A stretch of DNA of 64,000 nt, taken from Histomonas meleagridis 2922-C6/04-290x (taxonomy: Eukaryota > Protista > Parabasalia). The DNA lies in the NCBI GenBank assembly GCA_020184695.1, contig JAANOX010000280.1, forward strand, positions 765,592-829,591, given 5' to 3'. Positions 1 through 14,484 of the stretch are shown here, piece after piece. Position 1 is the stretch's first letter. Every line of letters begins with the position of its first letter. A program made the position numbers and the translations under genes. The notes beneath the pieces are model-generated. The model saw nothing but the letters and a program-made list of their open reading frames with translations. It was not told the DNA's origin and searched no databases.

Positions 1-2
1 TT

Positions 3-1765
3 GTTCATAATACATTCCAACTCAGTTTTGATGAAACAACTAAAACATTAACAATTTCTAATAATGTTGATTTTAACAATAAAGAATTCAAAGAAAGAGC
101 TATTAATGTTATTATACAAGATGGAGTTAGTTATATTCCATATGAAGCATTTGAATCATATTCTTTATTACAAAATATTACAATATCAAATACAGTCACA
201 TCAATTGGTGAATCAGCATTTCGTTCATGTATTTCATTACAAAATATTACAATTCCAAATACAGTTAAAACAATTCGTAGTTATACATTTCGAGAATGTT
301 ATAATTTGACGTCAATTACTATTGAAGAAGGAGTTGAAGAAATTTGTGATTCTGCATTTCGATCATGTATTTCATTACCAAATATTACAATTCCAAATTC
401 AATTATAATAATTTCTAACACATCATTTTCAGGATGTATAAAACTTCGAATGATAATCGTATCATTAAATAATTCGAAATATTCTAATTATGATAATGAT
501 GGAATTCTTTATAACAAAAAAACATCACAGAACTTCATTGTTATCCAAATGGTAAAGAAACAATATCAATTCCAAACACTGTGACAACAATTCAATCATC
601 AGCATTTGAAGGATCTTCAATACGAAATATTACAATTCCAAATACTATTAAAACGATTAGAACAAGAGCATTTTATTTATGTTCTAATTTGATTACAGTT
701 AATATTGAAGAAGGCGTTGAAGAAATTGGAGAATTAGCATTTTCAACATGTACTTCATTACAAAATATTACAATTCCAAATACAATTAAAACAATTGGAA
801 CAATGGCATTTTACACATCTTCTAATTTAATTACAGTTAATATTGAAGAAGGCGTTGAAACAATTGGAACAATGGCATTTGAATCATGTACTTCATTACA
901 AAATATCACAATTCCAAGAACAATTAAAACAATTGAATCAAGAGCATTTTATTTATGTTCTAATATGATTACAGTTAATATTGAAGAAGGCGTTGAAACA
1001 ATTGGCGAATTAGCATTTTCAAAGTGTAATAAACTCAAATGCATTTATTATTATGGTGAAACAGAACCAAATATCAGTTTAAATTCATTTGATTCAGTTG
1101 AAGCTATTGTAATTACATCAAATGCATATGAATCAAACACATTTGGGACATTAAATGTTTCACGAGGTACAACTATTGAAGGGTGTCGTCCATGGCCCAC
1201 GAATTCATTCACATCATCGCACTCATTCTCTAATACATTCACAAAATCAATGACTTACATAAATACAAACACATTCACAAATACAAATACATTTACCAAA
1301 TCAACCACATTCACATCATACGATGCCAACATCACTTTCGCACTTACTCTTACACATACATTATCGCGCGTCCCGTCACTATTGAACTCATTCACGATGA
1401 CTATGATTGTTTCTGAATACGTTTACATCACAACAGATTTTGTTTACTATGAATACACAATGATAACATACACATTCTACATAAGTTTTCCCAACAACTT
1501 CATTACATTAATTTCCACAACATTACAAGCTAAGAATGGAATATCGAACGAAGCAATCATTGCAATTGTATGCGCTTCGATCGCTGTCGTATTACTTACC
1601 ATTGGTATTGTTATTTTTATAGTCAAGCGCAGTAAAAGCAATAAGCCAATAGAGGAAAGAAGTGAAAATGGTATTGCGACTTCTTCAAATACTGAAACTA
1701 AAGTCGAGGTAATAAATCAGGACGTGAGACAATTGATAAATGACGAGGAAGATAAATGGATTTAA
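3..1765 (+). CDS. BspA-like LRR surface protein (5'-truncated by window edge), S/T stalk, TM helix, acidic tail ending DEEDKWI; one frameshift
   Basis: Frame from nt 3 is open through ORF 306-584 and continues in ORF 581-1765. It contains TpLRR repeats (IxxxAFxxCxxLxxIxIP). The frameshift is in an A7 run at 516-522 that is A5 in the paralogue near 7526. Confidence 0.85.
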
Positions 1766-2312
1766 TATTAAGAAAATTTGCGTAATAAAAAAAAAATAAT
1801 TAATTGTAAATTTAAAGAGTTTAATTGTGTATAAGTTGTTTCAAATATATGTGAATAAGTATAACATTACGTGTTGAATAATGAGATTTAAGTGTTTAAA
1901 GTCAAGAAGATATAACAGAGAACGGTTTAAAACTTAAGTAAGTGACGATAATTTCACCATGTTACATTTGAGTACATAATCGAAAGAAATATCAAATTGA
2001 CATTTTTAAATTGGATTAAAAAAAATGAAAATAACTCCAAACATTTAGATAATTTCCATGTTTCAGGCATCATATAGTCTTAATCTTTATACGTAAAAAA
2101 GAAATATGTATATTATATAACGTATTCTTTAACGAAAAAAAAAATTAATAAATAAATAAAATTCTGAAAAATGAAGGATGATTGTTTTAATATTCCTCGT
2201 GATAATTTTCATCTAACATACATATTAGGAATTTGTACAATTTAATCGCAGAACATGAGATGTTATTTTTGACAGTTAGTGTAGGAACTACACTTCATTG
2301 GTTCAAGAATTA

Positions 2313-2361
2313 CAGTTAGGGATTTAAACGTGTCCCATGAATTAAAGTTGTCCCATACGTT
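2313..2361 (+). repeat. Left terminal inverted repeat of pogo-like element
   Basis: CAGTTAGGGATTTAAACGTGTCCCATGAATTAAAGTTGTCCCATACGTT. Confidence 0.88.
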
Positions 2362-2527
2362 TACACTTAGATGTCAGAAATTTTTGAAACAAACATAAAT
2401 ATCTCATTTATTTATTGGTTTTAATAATTTATATTTATAAAAATAATTTAAATTATTCTTTTGAGTATAAATATTCATTTGAACTATGATATCTCATATA
2501 GATAAGAAAAAAAGTGCAATTTAATTT

Positions 2528-3717
2528 TTATTGCAAAAGTTGATTTATTTCATCTTCATCTTCATATTTTGGAGTTTCGTTGCTAATTAAAGTACAACCA
2601 GGTGGAAGGTATTCAGAATTCACGATGCCGAATTTGTGTTGCCTATTCTTTTTGACTTCATCGATATTTATATTAAAATTCCAAAGTTCATGAAAACCCG
2701 GATTCGAAACCAGCTCTTTGGCAACAAATTCGACAACTCTCTTACCAGCAACAGTTTTAGTACTTATTCCTGCCCTTCTGAAAGCCCCACGAATGTTAAA
2801 TGATGTTGTGGTCTGCTCGTATGCCTTTAATATGACAATAATTGCATTTTCTACCATTTTTTGGCTTTCTTCATCTTCAACAGTATTTTTGATTTTGTAA
2901 AAACGCCAAATAATGACAAATCAAATGCTTGTGGTATGGGAAGGAAAACATAAAACAATAATTTTATTTTCTCCTAGAACTTTTAGAATATCAAAGTTAC
3001 AATGCGCACCAAATGAATCCATTAATAAAATTGCTTCATACTCTTTAACTTCATATTTTTCTTCTACACATTTGACATATGGAATCAATACATCATTAAT
3101 ATATTCATTAAATAACTCAGAATCAACGTAAGGTGAATTTCGAATACAGATCATTACATATTCATCTTGTCGTAAACCGTTTATCCATAAATCATCACTA
3201 TATATATGTTTGGTTATTAATATGGGAGTAAGAGCATCACCTGCTGCTGAAACACATGTAAGGAGTGTCATATGAGTTACTTTTCTTGTTGAATAATGAT
3301 GAACATTGTTTGAGTTAATTTTAGCATCAACAAAAACTTTCTTCGGTTTTCAATCTTCCCAAGATGATATTCCTACTTCATCTAAATTAAAAACTAATTC
3401 TGTTAACCTTCCATCCACATGTTTATGCATGTATTGAAAGTGTTCTCTTAAATGCCCTTCAGGAACTGTCATTCTTGTGTCTTCTTGAGGAAGTGATGCA
3501 CATTTTTTGATTTTATCTATATTTCGAAGATAAAATTGATTTATCCATCCCTTTGTTAAAGATAAATCAAATATTTTTTTGATAAAATATAATATCTGCC
3601 TTTGGGTCATTGCATGATTTTTATTGAATGAATCAATAATTGCTTGAACAATTATTTCTTCTTTATCTTCATCTAATGCTCTATGTCGACCTAAAGGTTT
3701 TGGATCTTGTGGGCATA
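2528..3717 (-). pseudogene. DDE_1 (pogo/CENP-B-like) transposase pseudogene
   Basis: Fragments LGRHRAL...GWINQF, FNLDEVG, TLLTCVSAAGDALTP, LLMDSFGAH, FPSHTT, QAFDLSLFG. In-frame TGA at about 3350 (ED*KPKK) and frameshifts near 2920-2890. Confidence 0.85.
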
Positions 3718-3782
3718 TCTGGTGTTAATGTTGACATTGTGGAAAATGAGGTTTTATTGAAGATTATTTATTGACGTATTTT

Positions 3783-3831
3783 AACGTATGCGACCACTTT
3801 GATTCCTGGGACACGTTTTGATCCCTAACTG
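3783..3831 (-). repeat. Right terminal inverted repeat of pogo-like element
   Basis: Reverse complement reads CAGTTAGGGATCAAAACGTGTCCCAGGAATCAAAGTGGTCGCATACGTT. Confidence 0.88.
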
Positions 3832-4110
3832 TATGAAAGAATTTGGTGGAAAATTAAATTTTTTTGAGATAGCACAAGTTTTAATAATAAGTCAGAATAA
3901 TGAAGAAGAAGCTATAAATATCCTTCGCACAATGATATAAAATAACGATTAAATAAAATAATAATTTTAACATAAGTTTTTTTTAAATAAATTTTTAATA
4001 ATTTTAGTTTTTTTTTTTTGTAAAGACGTTAAATGACTTCACATGTTTTGTTTATAGACATGTGACATGAAATATTATTAAAAAAAAAAATTAAATTTAA
4101 AAATAATTAA

Positions 4111-5781
<1,671 letters not shown>

Positions 5782-6118
5782 ATAAATAAATAAATAATAA
5801 ATGAAAAAAATTTTAATAATTTTGATTCAAAGTTAAATGTAACAAGAGTAACTCCCATGAGACATTATTGTTTTTCAAGGGATTTGATCTGATTTCATGA
5901 TCATAGGAGAACGTTAGATGCATGCCAAGTAAGCAAAAGTGCATCTTCACTTTTTCTGTCAAAAACTTCCTCGATAGACACTTTTCTGGATGACTTTTTG
6001 TGAAGAAATAAATTGACTTTTCGGTTGTGAAAAGTAATTTCACTCAAAATTGACACGTTTATTTTTTATTGTTTAACTCAATTAAACTTGAAAAAATCAT
6101 TTTGAAAACAATATCTTA

Positions 6119-8678
6119 ATGCTGCTGTCTCAGATCATTTTAAATGTAATATACATTGGATGCAATATTATGATATCATCAATTAATAAATTGAGAAAAA
6201 AAAAATTCTTATGGATTAAATTTAATACAAAAATTTATCGGCCTTTAAATATTAATTACAATTTGTTCAATTATGTAATATGTGCATGTCTTATATATCA
6301 TATTTTTACTGATTTTATGGAACTATTTTTAACATTTTTCAAATATTTTTTTTGCTTTAACCATTTTATTTCAAATATACACATAAACTTTAATATTTTA
6401 TTACATTATAGAACTATTTTAGATGATATAAACCTCTTATATTTTATTGATATAAAAAAATTTCATTCATTTCAAGAATTTTTCCCAAAAAAACTTCAAA
6501 TCAAATATAAAAATAAAAACAAATTATTTTCATTCATATTTTTAATATTTTTTGTTCATAATACATTCCAACTCAGTTTTGATGAAACAACTCAAACATT
6601 AACAATTTCTACTGATCTCGATTTTAACAATAAAGAATTCAAAGAAAGAGCTATTAATGTTATTATACAAGATGGAGTTAGTTATATTCCATATGAAGCA
6701 TTTGAATCATATTCTTTATTACAAAATATTACAATATCAAATACAGTCACATCAATTGGTGAATCAGCATTTCATTCATGTACATCACTGCAAGATATTA
6801 CAATTAATAACGTCACATCAATTGGTGAATCAGCATTTCGTTCATGTATTTCATTGCAAAATATTACAATTAATAACGTCACATCAATTGGTGAATCAGC
6901 ATTTCGTTCATGTATTTCATTGCAAAATACAATTAATAACGTCACATCAATTGGTGAATCAGCATTTCGTTCATGTATTTCATTGCAAGATATTACAATT
7001 AATAACGTCACATCAATTGGTGAATCAGCATTTCGTTCATGTATTTCATTGCAAAATATTACAATTAATAACGTCACATCAATTGGTGAATCAGCATTTC
7101 GTTCATGTATTTCATTGCAAAATATTACAATTAATAACGTCACATCAATTGGTGAATCAGCATTTCGTTCATGTATTTCATTGCAAGATATTACAATTAA
7201 TAACGTCACATCAATTGGTGAATCAGCATTTCGTTCATGTATTTCATTGCAAAATATTACAATTCCAAATACAGTTAAAACAATTCGTAGTTATACATTT
7301 CGAGAATGTTATAATTTGACGTCAATTACTATTGAAGAAGGAGTTGAAGAAATTTGTGATTCTGCATTTCGATCATGTATTTCATTACCAAATATTACAA
7401 TTCCAAATTCAATTATAATAATTTCTAACACATCATTTTCAGGATGTATAAAACTTCGAATGATAATCGTATCATTAAATAATTCGAAATATTCTAATTA
7501 TGATAATGATGGAATTCTTTATAACAAAAACATCACAGAACTTCATTGTTATCCAAATGGTAAAGAAACAATATCAATTCCAAACACTGTGACAACAATT
7601 CAATCATCAGCATTTGAAGGATCTTCAATACGAAATATTACAATTCCAAATACTATTAAAACGATTAGAACAAGAGCATTTTATTTATGTTCTAATTTGA
7701 CCACAGTTAATATTGAAGAAGGCGTTGAAGAAATTGGAGAATTAGCATTTTCAACATGTACTTCATTACGAAATATTACAATTCCAAGAACAATTAAAAC
7801 AATTGGAACAATGACATTTTACTCATGTTCTAATTTGTTTGCAATTAATATTGAAGAAGGCGTTGAAACAATTGGCGAATTAGCATTTTCAGGGTGTAAT
7901 AATCTCAAATGCATTTATTATTATGGTGAAACAGAACCAAATATCAGTTTAAATTCATTTGAGTCAGTTGAAACTATTGTAATTACATCAAATGCATATG
8001 AATCAAACACATTTGGGACATTAAATGTTTCACGAGGTACAACTATTGAAGGGTGTCGTCCATTGCCCACGAATTCATTCGCATCATCGCACTCATTCTC
8101 TAATACATTCACAAAATCAATGACATACGCAAATACAACCACATTCACATCATACGATGCCAACATCACTTTATCTGTTTCTAGTAATATAAATGTTACA
8201 GAAACATTTTCATTAACATTTACATTAATACTAACAAAAACAAATTCAATTTACACTTTAATTTCGAATTCATTTTTAGTTTCATTTGGATCCACAGATA
8301 ATATTTACATTCCGACATTAATAATATATTATGATTATACAATTGTTATGTATTCATATTATCTTAGTTTTTATTCCAATTTCTTTTTCAATTTTTAATT
8401 CAATCAGAAACAATTCCAAATAATAATAATAATAACAAAACACTTATCATATCGATTTGCACAGTAATTGCTGCAATTATTATCATCATTTTACTTATAA
8501 TTTTAATAATTAAAAATCAAGAATAAAAATTTAACAATGAAGAAATAACAAAAAAAGTTTTGAAGAGCAAAATGAATTTACTAATACTGAAACATTGGAA
8601 GCAATAATGAAAATATCTAATGTTAAAGAGGATCCATTTGCAACAGCTTTGCAAGAAGACAATAAATTCGCTTTATAA
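6119..8678 (+). CDS. BspA-like LRR surface protein with expanded 22-aa LRR array; 3' TM and EDPF tail disrupted (ORF stops at 8398)
   Basis: ORF 6119-8398 is near-identical to the copy at 3-1336. TM (KTLIISICTVIAAIIIIILL) and EDPFATALQEDNKFAL* are read in shifted frames at 8400-8678. The true start is uncertain. Confidence 0.8.
6742..7265 (+). repeat. Tandem 66-nt repeat, 8 near-identical units (one of 63 nt), encoding VTSIGESAFRSCISLQ[N/D]ITINN
   Basis: Read directly. The offset to the paralogue changes from 6551 to 7010 nt across the array (459 nt gain). Confidence 0.95.
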
Positions 8679-8843
8679 AAAATTATAAATAACATGGAAT
8701 TTTATAAATAAAACCATTATAAAATATGGATTCATAAAAGTTTAATGTTTTTGACTTTGGAAATTGACAAAGTATGTTTGCTTTTCGTATTGGCAAATTT
8801 TGGATTTTTCACATTTTTTGAAATGCTGCTCCAAGATCATATA

Positions 8844-9119
8844 ATGGATGAACATCTGAAGAATTACCCCAAAGGAATTAAAGTGATAATAATTTAAGGC
8901 CCATATCAAACTGGAAAATCCTCATTTTTGAATTCGATAACTAAAAATGACTCAAAAGAAAACACTATAAAGATAAGAGGTCCATACACTGAACCTTTAG
9001 AGAATATTTTCTCAGATTCAGAAGATTCTTCAAAAACTCAAAACTATTTCCCAATAACTGATTATGGTGATGGAATTATTTTGGATATAGAATATTCATC
9101 TGATTATTTATTTAGATAA
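8844..9119 (+). pseudogene. Guanylate-binding-protein/atlastin-like GTPase N-terminal fragment
   Basis: MDEHLKNYPKGIKVIII*GPYQTGKSSFLN (Walker A-like, with an in-frame TAA before it) and GDGIILDIE. Truncated. Confidence 0.55.
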
Positions 9120-9513
9120 TATGAAGTAAAATTTATATATTTTAAAATTTTCCAAGTAATTCAAATTGTTTCTGTGTTGTGCAGTTCATGCATTATATTA
9201 AAATTTAAAACATTTGTTGAATACGTAACTTAATTGGAATTATTGAAAAGTGTTTATAACTGAGAAAAAAATATATAAAATAAAACATTTATTAATATTA
9301 TTATTTAGTGCTTATTCATAATGCTCATACCACTAAATAAATTGGAGTTACTTAACGTTTGTGAATTTTGTTGATTTGTATTTTCATTTTGTGAATTATT
9401 TACATTTACATTATTATTAACGTTTCGATTCGTTGCCAAATTACGTTTTGGATTTCGTTGAATTGTTTTCGAAAGCCATTGCGCGCTTTGTGTTTCTGAT
9501 GTTCGACTTCGAT
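8901..9513 (+). repeat. 613-bp direct duplication, copy 1 (copy 2 at 12234-12846)
   Basis: Virtually identical by eye (2 differences seen). It contains the GBP-like fragment and the 3' end of the SCYL gene. Confidence 0.93.
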
Positions 9514-9567
9514 CGAAAAAGAGGTTATACGCGACACTTTTTATTACAGCAACGAAAAAGTGGCTAG

Positions 9568-11062
9568 ATGGGGAGGAAAGCAAAAAAAGTTCCTCAAACA
9601 AGACCGAATGCATTTGGCGGACTTGCTTTCCAAGCTACCCGTAACCCCCACTTTGTGTTTAAGCATCACCCAGCTGCGAAACCTCATCCAAAACCATCAA
9701 AAGTATTTTCAGTTTGGGTTAAGTATTACCAACCCCCATGGCTATGCTTTGTTGAAATCATTATCTTTGCATTATTTTTCTTATTAGCTATTACTGTTCA
9801 AAACACAACTTTAATTTTTCCAATATTTTGGAAAAGCTGTTAATATTTTCTTTCTCGAAGGATATGATGTTTACACAGATGATCAAGTTGATTCGCTTGG
9901 TGACAAGAGGATTTTTACCAAGCCAGATTTCAGATTTGTTTTTAATTCATCGCTATACAAGTTTTTTGCTTTTGATACTGATTTTGCTTGTTCCTACAAA
10001 ATTGATAGAACAACTGATCTCACACTTTATTTCTTAACACTTGATGGGGAAGAACTTTCATTCCATTTCGAAGATGATAACAAAACTCTTGCAAATGAAA
10101 TTATCGAACCTTACCTTTCAAACTTTTCATTAGTTCGTCTTTCGGTTTACTATGCAATTGAAACAACAAAATATGGGCAAATAATCGAGTCAGGAGTTAT
10201 TTCAAATTTTTACAATTTTGAAGAAACAGGAATCATCCTATGGAACCTTGACCGTGATCGCGTTGTCCGTAACTCCGATAATGCGAGTTCTTTGTTTCCA
10301 TCAATTCTTTATTTCTTCCTTTTAGCCTTTCTTGTGGTTGCTATCTTACTCCAATCACTTTCTATCTTGTCCTTGTATAAAATTTCCAGGGTCAAAGCAG
10401 TAAACGAGCGAATTTCCCCATTCACAATATTTAAACAGAAACTTGATAAATGGGAGCCATTAACACTACTTTTTAATATCATCTCTCTTGCCTCGGTGAT
10501 TATTTATATGTCATCAGGGCAAATTCTTCATGATACTGCACCATGGCCACTTTTCGTATTAGCATTAGCATCATTTCTTCAATCAATTTTACTGATTCGA
10601 TATCTCCAACTTCGCCCAGCAACGCTTGTTGTCGTTCGAATGATTTCTAGTGCAATTGTCACGTATTGTTACAATTTATTGTTGGATGTATGCCATTTTT
10701 CCTTGGTTTTTGTAATTTTTGGCGTTTCTTGGTTTGGTTGGTATTCACCGCTTATGTCATCGTCAAGGCAAGTTGCGAAATTACTCGTTGCTGCTTCTTA
10801 TGGCGATTACTTACTTGACGGTTATGACGGTTTAACCGACGGTTCTGACAAACCGAAAATTATTCCATCAGCTTATTTAACTGTGTGGATTTTTAATGGC
10901 TTAGGAATTTGGTTTTATATTGTGTTGGCTATTTTACATGCTGCTTTGTTTAAAGAAGTTCATATCGCAAGAGACGAAATGATTGAGGAAGGTGAGGTGA
11001 ATGAGGAAGATATGGACGCAGAAGACCCTCTTCCTTGGCTGCAATACGTCGCTGATCGTTAG
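9568..11062 (+). CDS. Mucolipin/PKD-type multi-TM cation channel-like protein (~497 aa) with one homopolymer frameshift
   Basis: ORF 9568 joins the frame of ORF 10292-11062 if one T is removed from the T-run near 9817 (TLIFQYFGKAVN...). Topology is TM1, a large luminal loop, then further TMs. Confidence 0.55.
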
Positions 11063-11495
11063 TGGAATGCGTAATTTTATAATAAACTTTTTTGTATTTT
11101 TCAATTAAATAGGGTGTTTTTCTTAGAAAATAATTATAAGTTGATTTCCAGCTTTGTCGAACCATTCACAAATTTCTTTTGTATAATGGATGACTTGTTT
11201 TTGGCTATTGAAATACACAAATGTCATACAAATCAGGAAAAATAAATTTTCGTTATTTTTTTAACTTTCACTCCAATCGCCCGGTTGATAACAAATCGAA
11301 ACGTGTCCAATAATTAAAATTAGATCATCATGTTGAGACTCATATTTAACGCTGGTAACCAAACGAACAGGTTGTAAAAAAATGACACTTTTTGAAAGGA
11401 ATAAACCGTCGTTATAAAATGAAAATTTGTATTCAAAAAGTTATAATGATATTGAAAATTGAAAAAAGATTTTCTAAATTTTTCACCATGTCAAA

Positions 11496-11921
11496 TTGAC
11501 ATTTTTTTATATGCTCTTTTTCCTTTTTTTGGCTAAATATGATATTTATACACAGCAATCAAGCAAATTTATTAGTGTAGTTGGAGAAGATGATCTAAAA
11601 AGAAAATTTCAAAAATTACAAAAACAAACTAGAGGATTAAAAATGCATGATAAGATATTAATTTCAACTCATTACAGACCAATTCGAGGCAGAATCAGTC
11701 AAAATAGTTATACAAGTCTTATTCATCCAGAAAGGGATTTAATTTCTAGTGGTAAATCTTTTGAGAATTTGAGGAATATATTCATGAAGAATTATGATCA
11801 TGATTTAAAAAATGTAGAAAACTTCAGAAAGAAATGTTCCAGTGTTTTTTCTGTACCATGTATAATTATCGATTTTGAGAAAGGTGAAGATTTTTCCAAA
11901 TATAGGGAACGACATCCATAA
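11496..11921 (+). CDS. Hypothetical protein
   Basis: 141-codon open frame in very AT-rich DNA with no recognised motif; start uncertain. Confidence 0.3.
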   Translation: MTFFYMLFFLFLAKYDIYTQQSSKFISVVGEDDLKRKFQKLQKQTRGLKMHDKILISTHYRPIRGRISQNSYTSLIHPERDLISSGKSFENLRNIFMKNYDHDLKNVENFRKKCSSVFSVPCIIIDFEKGEDFSKYRERHP

Positions 11922-12179
11922 AATTCATAATTTAAAGAATTTTATAATTTATAAAGTTATTTTCACTTTTTGTTTTTAAGTTGAAAATATTGGTTTGCAT
12001 AATAATTCAACATGAGTTGGAACAAAATAAAGTATTTCATGTTTTAAATTTTGTAGGGCCATGACTATCTTAATAATTTTAGATAATAACAGATAATTGT
12101 TAATGTTGCAAATTTGCTTTAAACTAAAATGAAATATATTATTAATACTAAGCTTGCTGCTACATGATAATCATGATAA

Positions 12180-12452
12180 TTGAATGGAATAAAGAAATAC
12201 TCTAAAGGACTTAAAATGTTAATAATTTTTTGTCCATATCAAACTGGAAAATCCTCATTTTTGAATTCGATAACTAAAAATGACTCAAAAGAAAACGCTG
12301 TAAAGATAAGAGGTCCATACACTGAACCTTTAGAGAATATTTTCTCAGATTCAGAAGATTCTTCAAAAACTCAAAACTATTTCCCAATAACTGATTATGG
12401 TGATGGAATTATTTTGGATATAGAATATTCATCTGATTATTTATTTAGATAA
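12180..12452 (+). pseudogene. GBP/atlastin-like GTPase N-terminal fragment, copy 2
   Basis: LKMLIIFCPYQTGKSSFLN...GDGIILDIE; stops after 90 aa. Confidence 0.55.
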
Positions 12453-12846
12453 TATGAAGTAAAATTTATATATTTTAAAATTTTCCAAGTAATTCAAATT
12501 GTTTCTGTGTTGTGCAGTTCATGCATTATATTAAAATTTAAAACATTTGTTGAATACGTAACTTAATTGGAATTATTGAAAAGTGTTTATAACTGAGAAA
12601 AAAATATATAAAATAAAACATTTATTAATATTATTATTTAGTGCTTATTCATAATGCTCATACCACTAAATAAATTGGAGTTACTTAACGTTTGTGAATT
12701 TTGTTGATTTGTATTTTCATTTTGTGAATTATTTACATTTACATTATTATTAACGTTTCGATTCGTTGCCAAATTACGTTTTGGATTTCGTTGAATTGTT
12801 TTCGAAAGCCATTGCGCGCTTTGTGTTTCTGATGTTCGACTTCGAT
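12234..12846 (+). repeat. 613-bp direct duplication, copy 2
   Basis: Matches 8901-9513. Confidence 0.93.
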
Positions 12847-14484
12847 TTCGATACATTTCAATCGATATTTTAATAATATTACAAAGTTCGATTTGTGTTT
12901 TTGGTGAACAAATTTTATTTGAAACAATTTCTGATGCAATTGGAACAATATATTTCATACGTAATGTGATCGTAGGCTGAAGGTTTCGAAGAATTTCGGT
13001 GATAATTTCGGATAATTCGATACTATTTTGGCGATTCCATGACGCTGAAATGCGCGGAATGATTTCTTCAGTAAATTTATTGTGATTTACTTTAGGTAAA
13101 CATTCTTTTAATAATGAAATACTACAATTAATAATATTATTGTTAGTCGATGTAGAAAGATATTCGACAAGTGACGGAACAATTTCTTCTTCGATCTTTT
13201 GTCCTGTTAATTTGTTGACTAATATTTGAAATTCTTGTGCACTTTCTTTTTGTAATTGTTCTTGTTCACTTTTAATCGATGTTTCAATAATTGGATAACA
13301 AATTTCATAAATTCGTTCTTCTGAAATATTTTCGACAATAACAGAAAAATATCGTAAAAAGATCAAATTGATTTCATATGGTTTAACAATCGTAAACATT
13401 GGATAAAGTGGTAATACAATTAACTCATAAAAATCTCGTTTATCAAACGTTTTACCAATTTCAAATATAATCGGAATTAATATATTCGAATAAAGAATTT
13501 CATTCTTAATTTCTTGAATGAAAAATTCTAAAAATTTGTTTTGTAAAATTCGAATAGAGAATTCGTTAAGCGTTTTCGATATTCCACAATAAAAATTATA
13601 TTTGTCTTCTTGCGTTTTAGTTAATATCACTTCGAAATATCGTAACGACTTAATATAAACATTATCAAATAACGGTGAATGAAGTATAAAATTAAATGAC
13701 GGACGCTTTTCGGAGTTAACATTCAAGCATGCAATAACCATGTCGCGTAATATCTTGGGAATATTGCTTTGATAAAGATTTGGTGTGCGAACCGATTCTT
13801 CAATGCGCTTCGGAGTCGGCTCTTCCAATACATTCGATCCTTTGATGAGCGTGCCGATGATACAGCCATAACTAAAGACATCTGTCTTAAATGTGCATTG
13901 CGAATTATTATAATATTCTGGTGAAATATAATTAATCGGCGGTTGGAAGTATGTAACAGATTTCCAGTCGCCCATACGCGGAAGTGATTCCCCATTCTCA
14001 TGAATAAAACGATTACTAAATGTAAATAAACAAATCTTAGTATCCATACTTTTCGTTAAACAAATATCACTAATAGATAAGCCAAACATTACAATGTGCG
14101 CTGAACTATGTAAAAATCTAATGTTTTACATAATTGATATGAAATATAAATAATGTCATTAGTAGATAAATAACTATCATATTCTAAACACGTTTCAATA
14201 GGCTCTGCTGCAAAATTTAAAGCTTTAATTGAATCTGAAAGCTCAAGAATTTTTAAAACACCTGGATGAAAAATTCGACGAACAGAGTATATAGATGAAA
14301 GTGTTTCTGTTAAAAATCGTTCTTGATCTGCTTTAGTTCCGATACTTTGAATAATATCGTAATCAATTTCCCAAAGACTAACTTCTTCTAATGTAGTTTT
14401 ATGCTTAGCACGACTAACTTTCCAACATGATGTTTTAAATAATGGTACTTGATCTATATAATTTACTGAAATTCCTGCTCCCAT
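12638..14484 (-). CDS. SCYL: SCY1-like pseudokinase with HEAT-like region; one homopolymer frameshift near 14112
   Basis: Starts MGAGIS (myristoylation-like). ORFs 14089-14589 and 12638-14089 join as LDFLHSSAHIVMFGLS if one T is added. Motifs HPGVLKI, YISPE, KTDVFSYG. Confidence 0.75.

Larger units (their letters stand above)
2313..3831 (-). mobile_element. Decayed pogo/Tc5-like (DDE_1) DNA transposon, 1519 bp, TA flanks at 2311-2312 and 3832-3833
   Basis: 49-bp TIRs starting CAGTTAGGGAT (43/49 identical by manual alignment), TA on both sides, internal transposase fragments. Confidence 0.88.

Noticed and set aside
6657-7319. ORFs 6657-7319 (+), 6772-7209 (-) and 64-309 (+)
   Set aside because: Shadow frames of the 66-nt LRR repeat and BspA coding sequence.
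9305-9613. 102-aa minus-strand ORF sharing its C-terminus with SCYL
   Set aside because: By-product of the 613-bp duplication junction. It overlaps the channel gene antisense and has no independent support.
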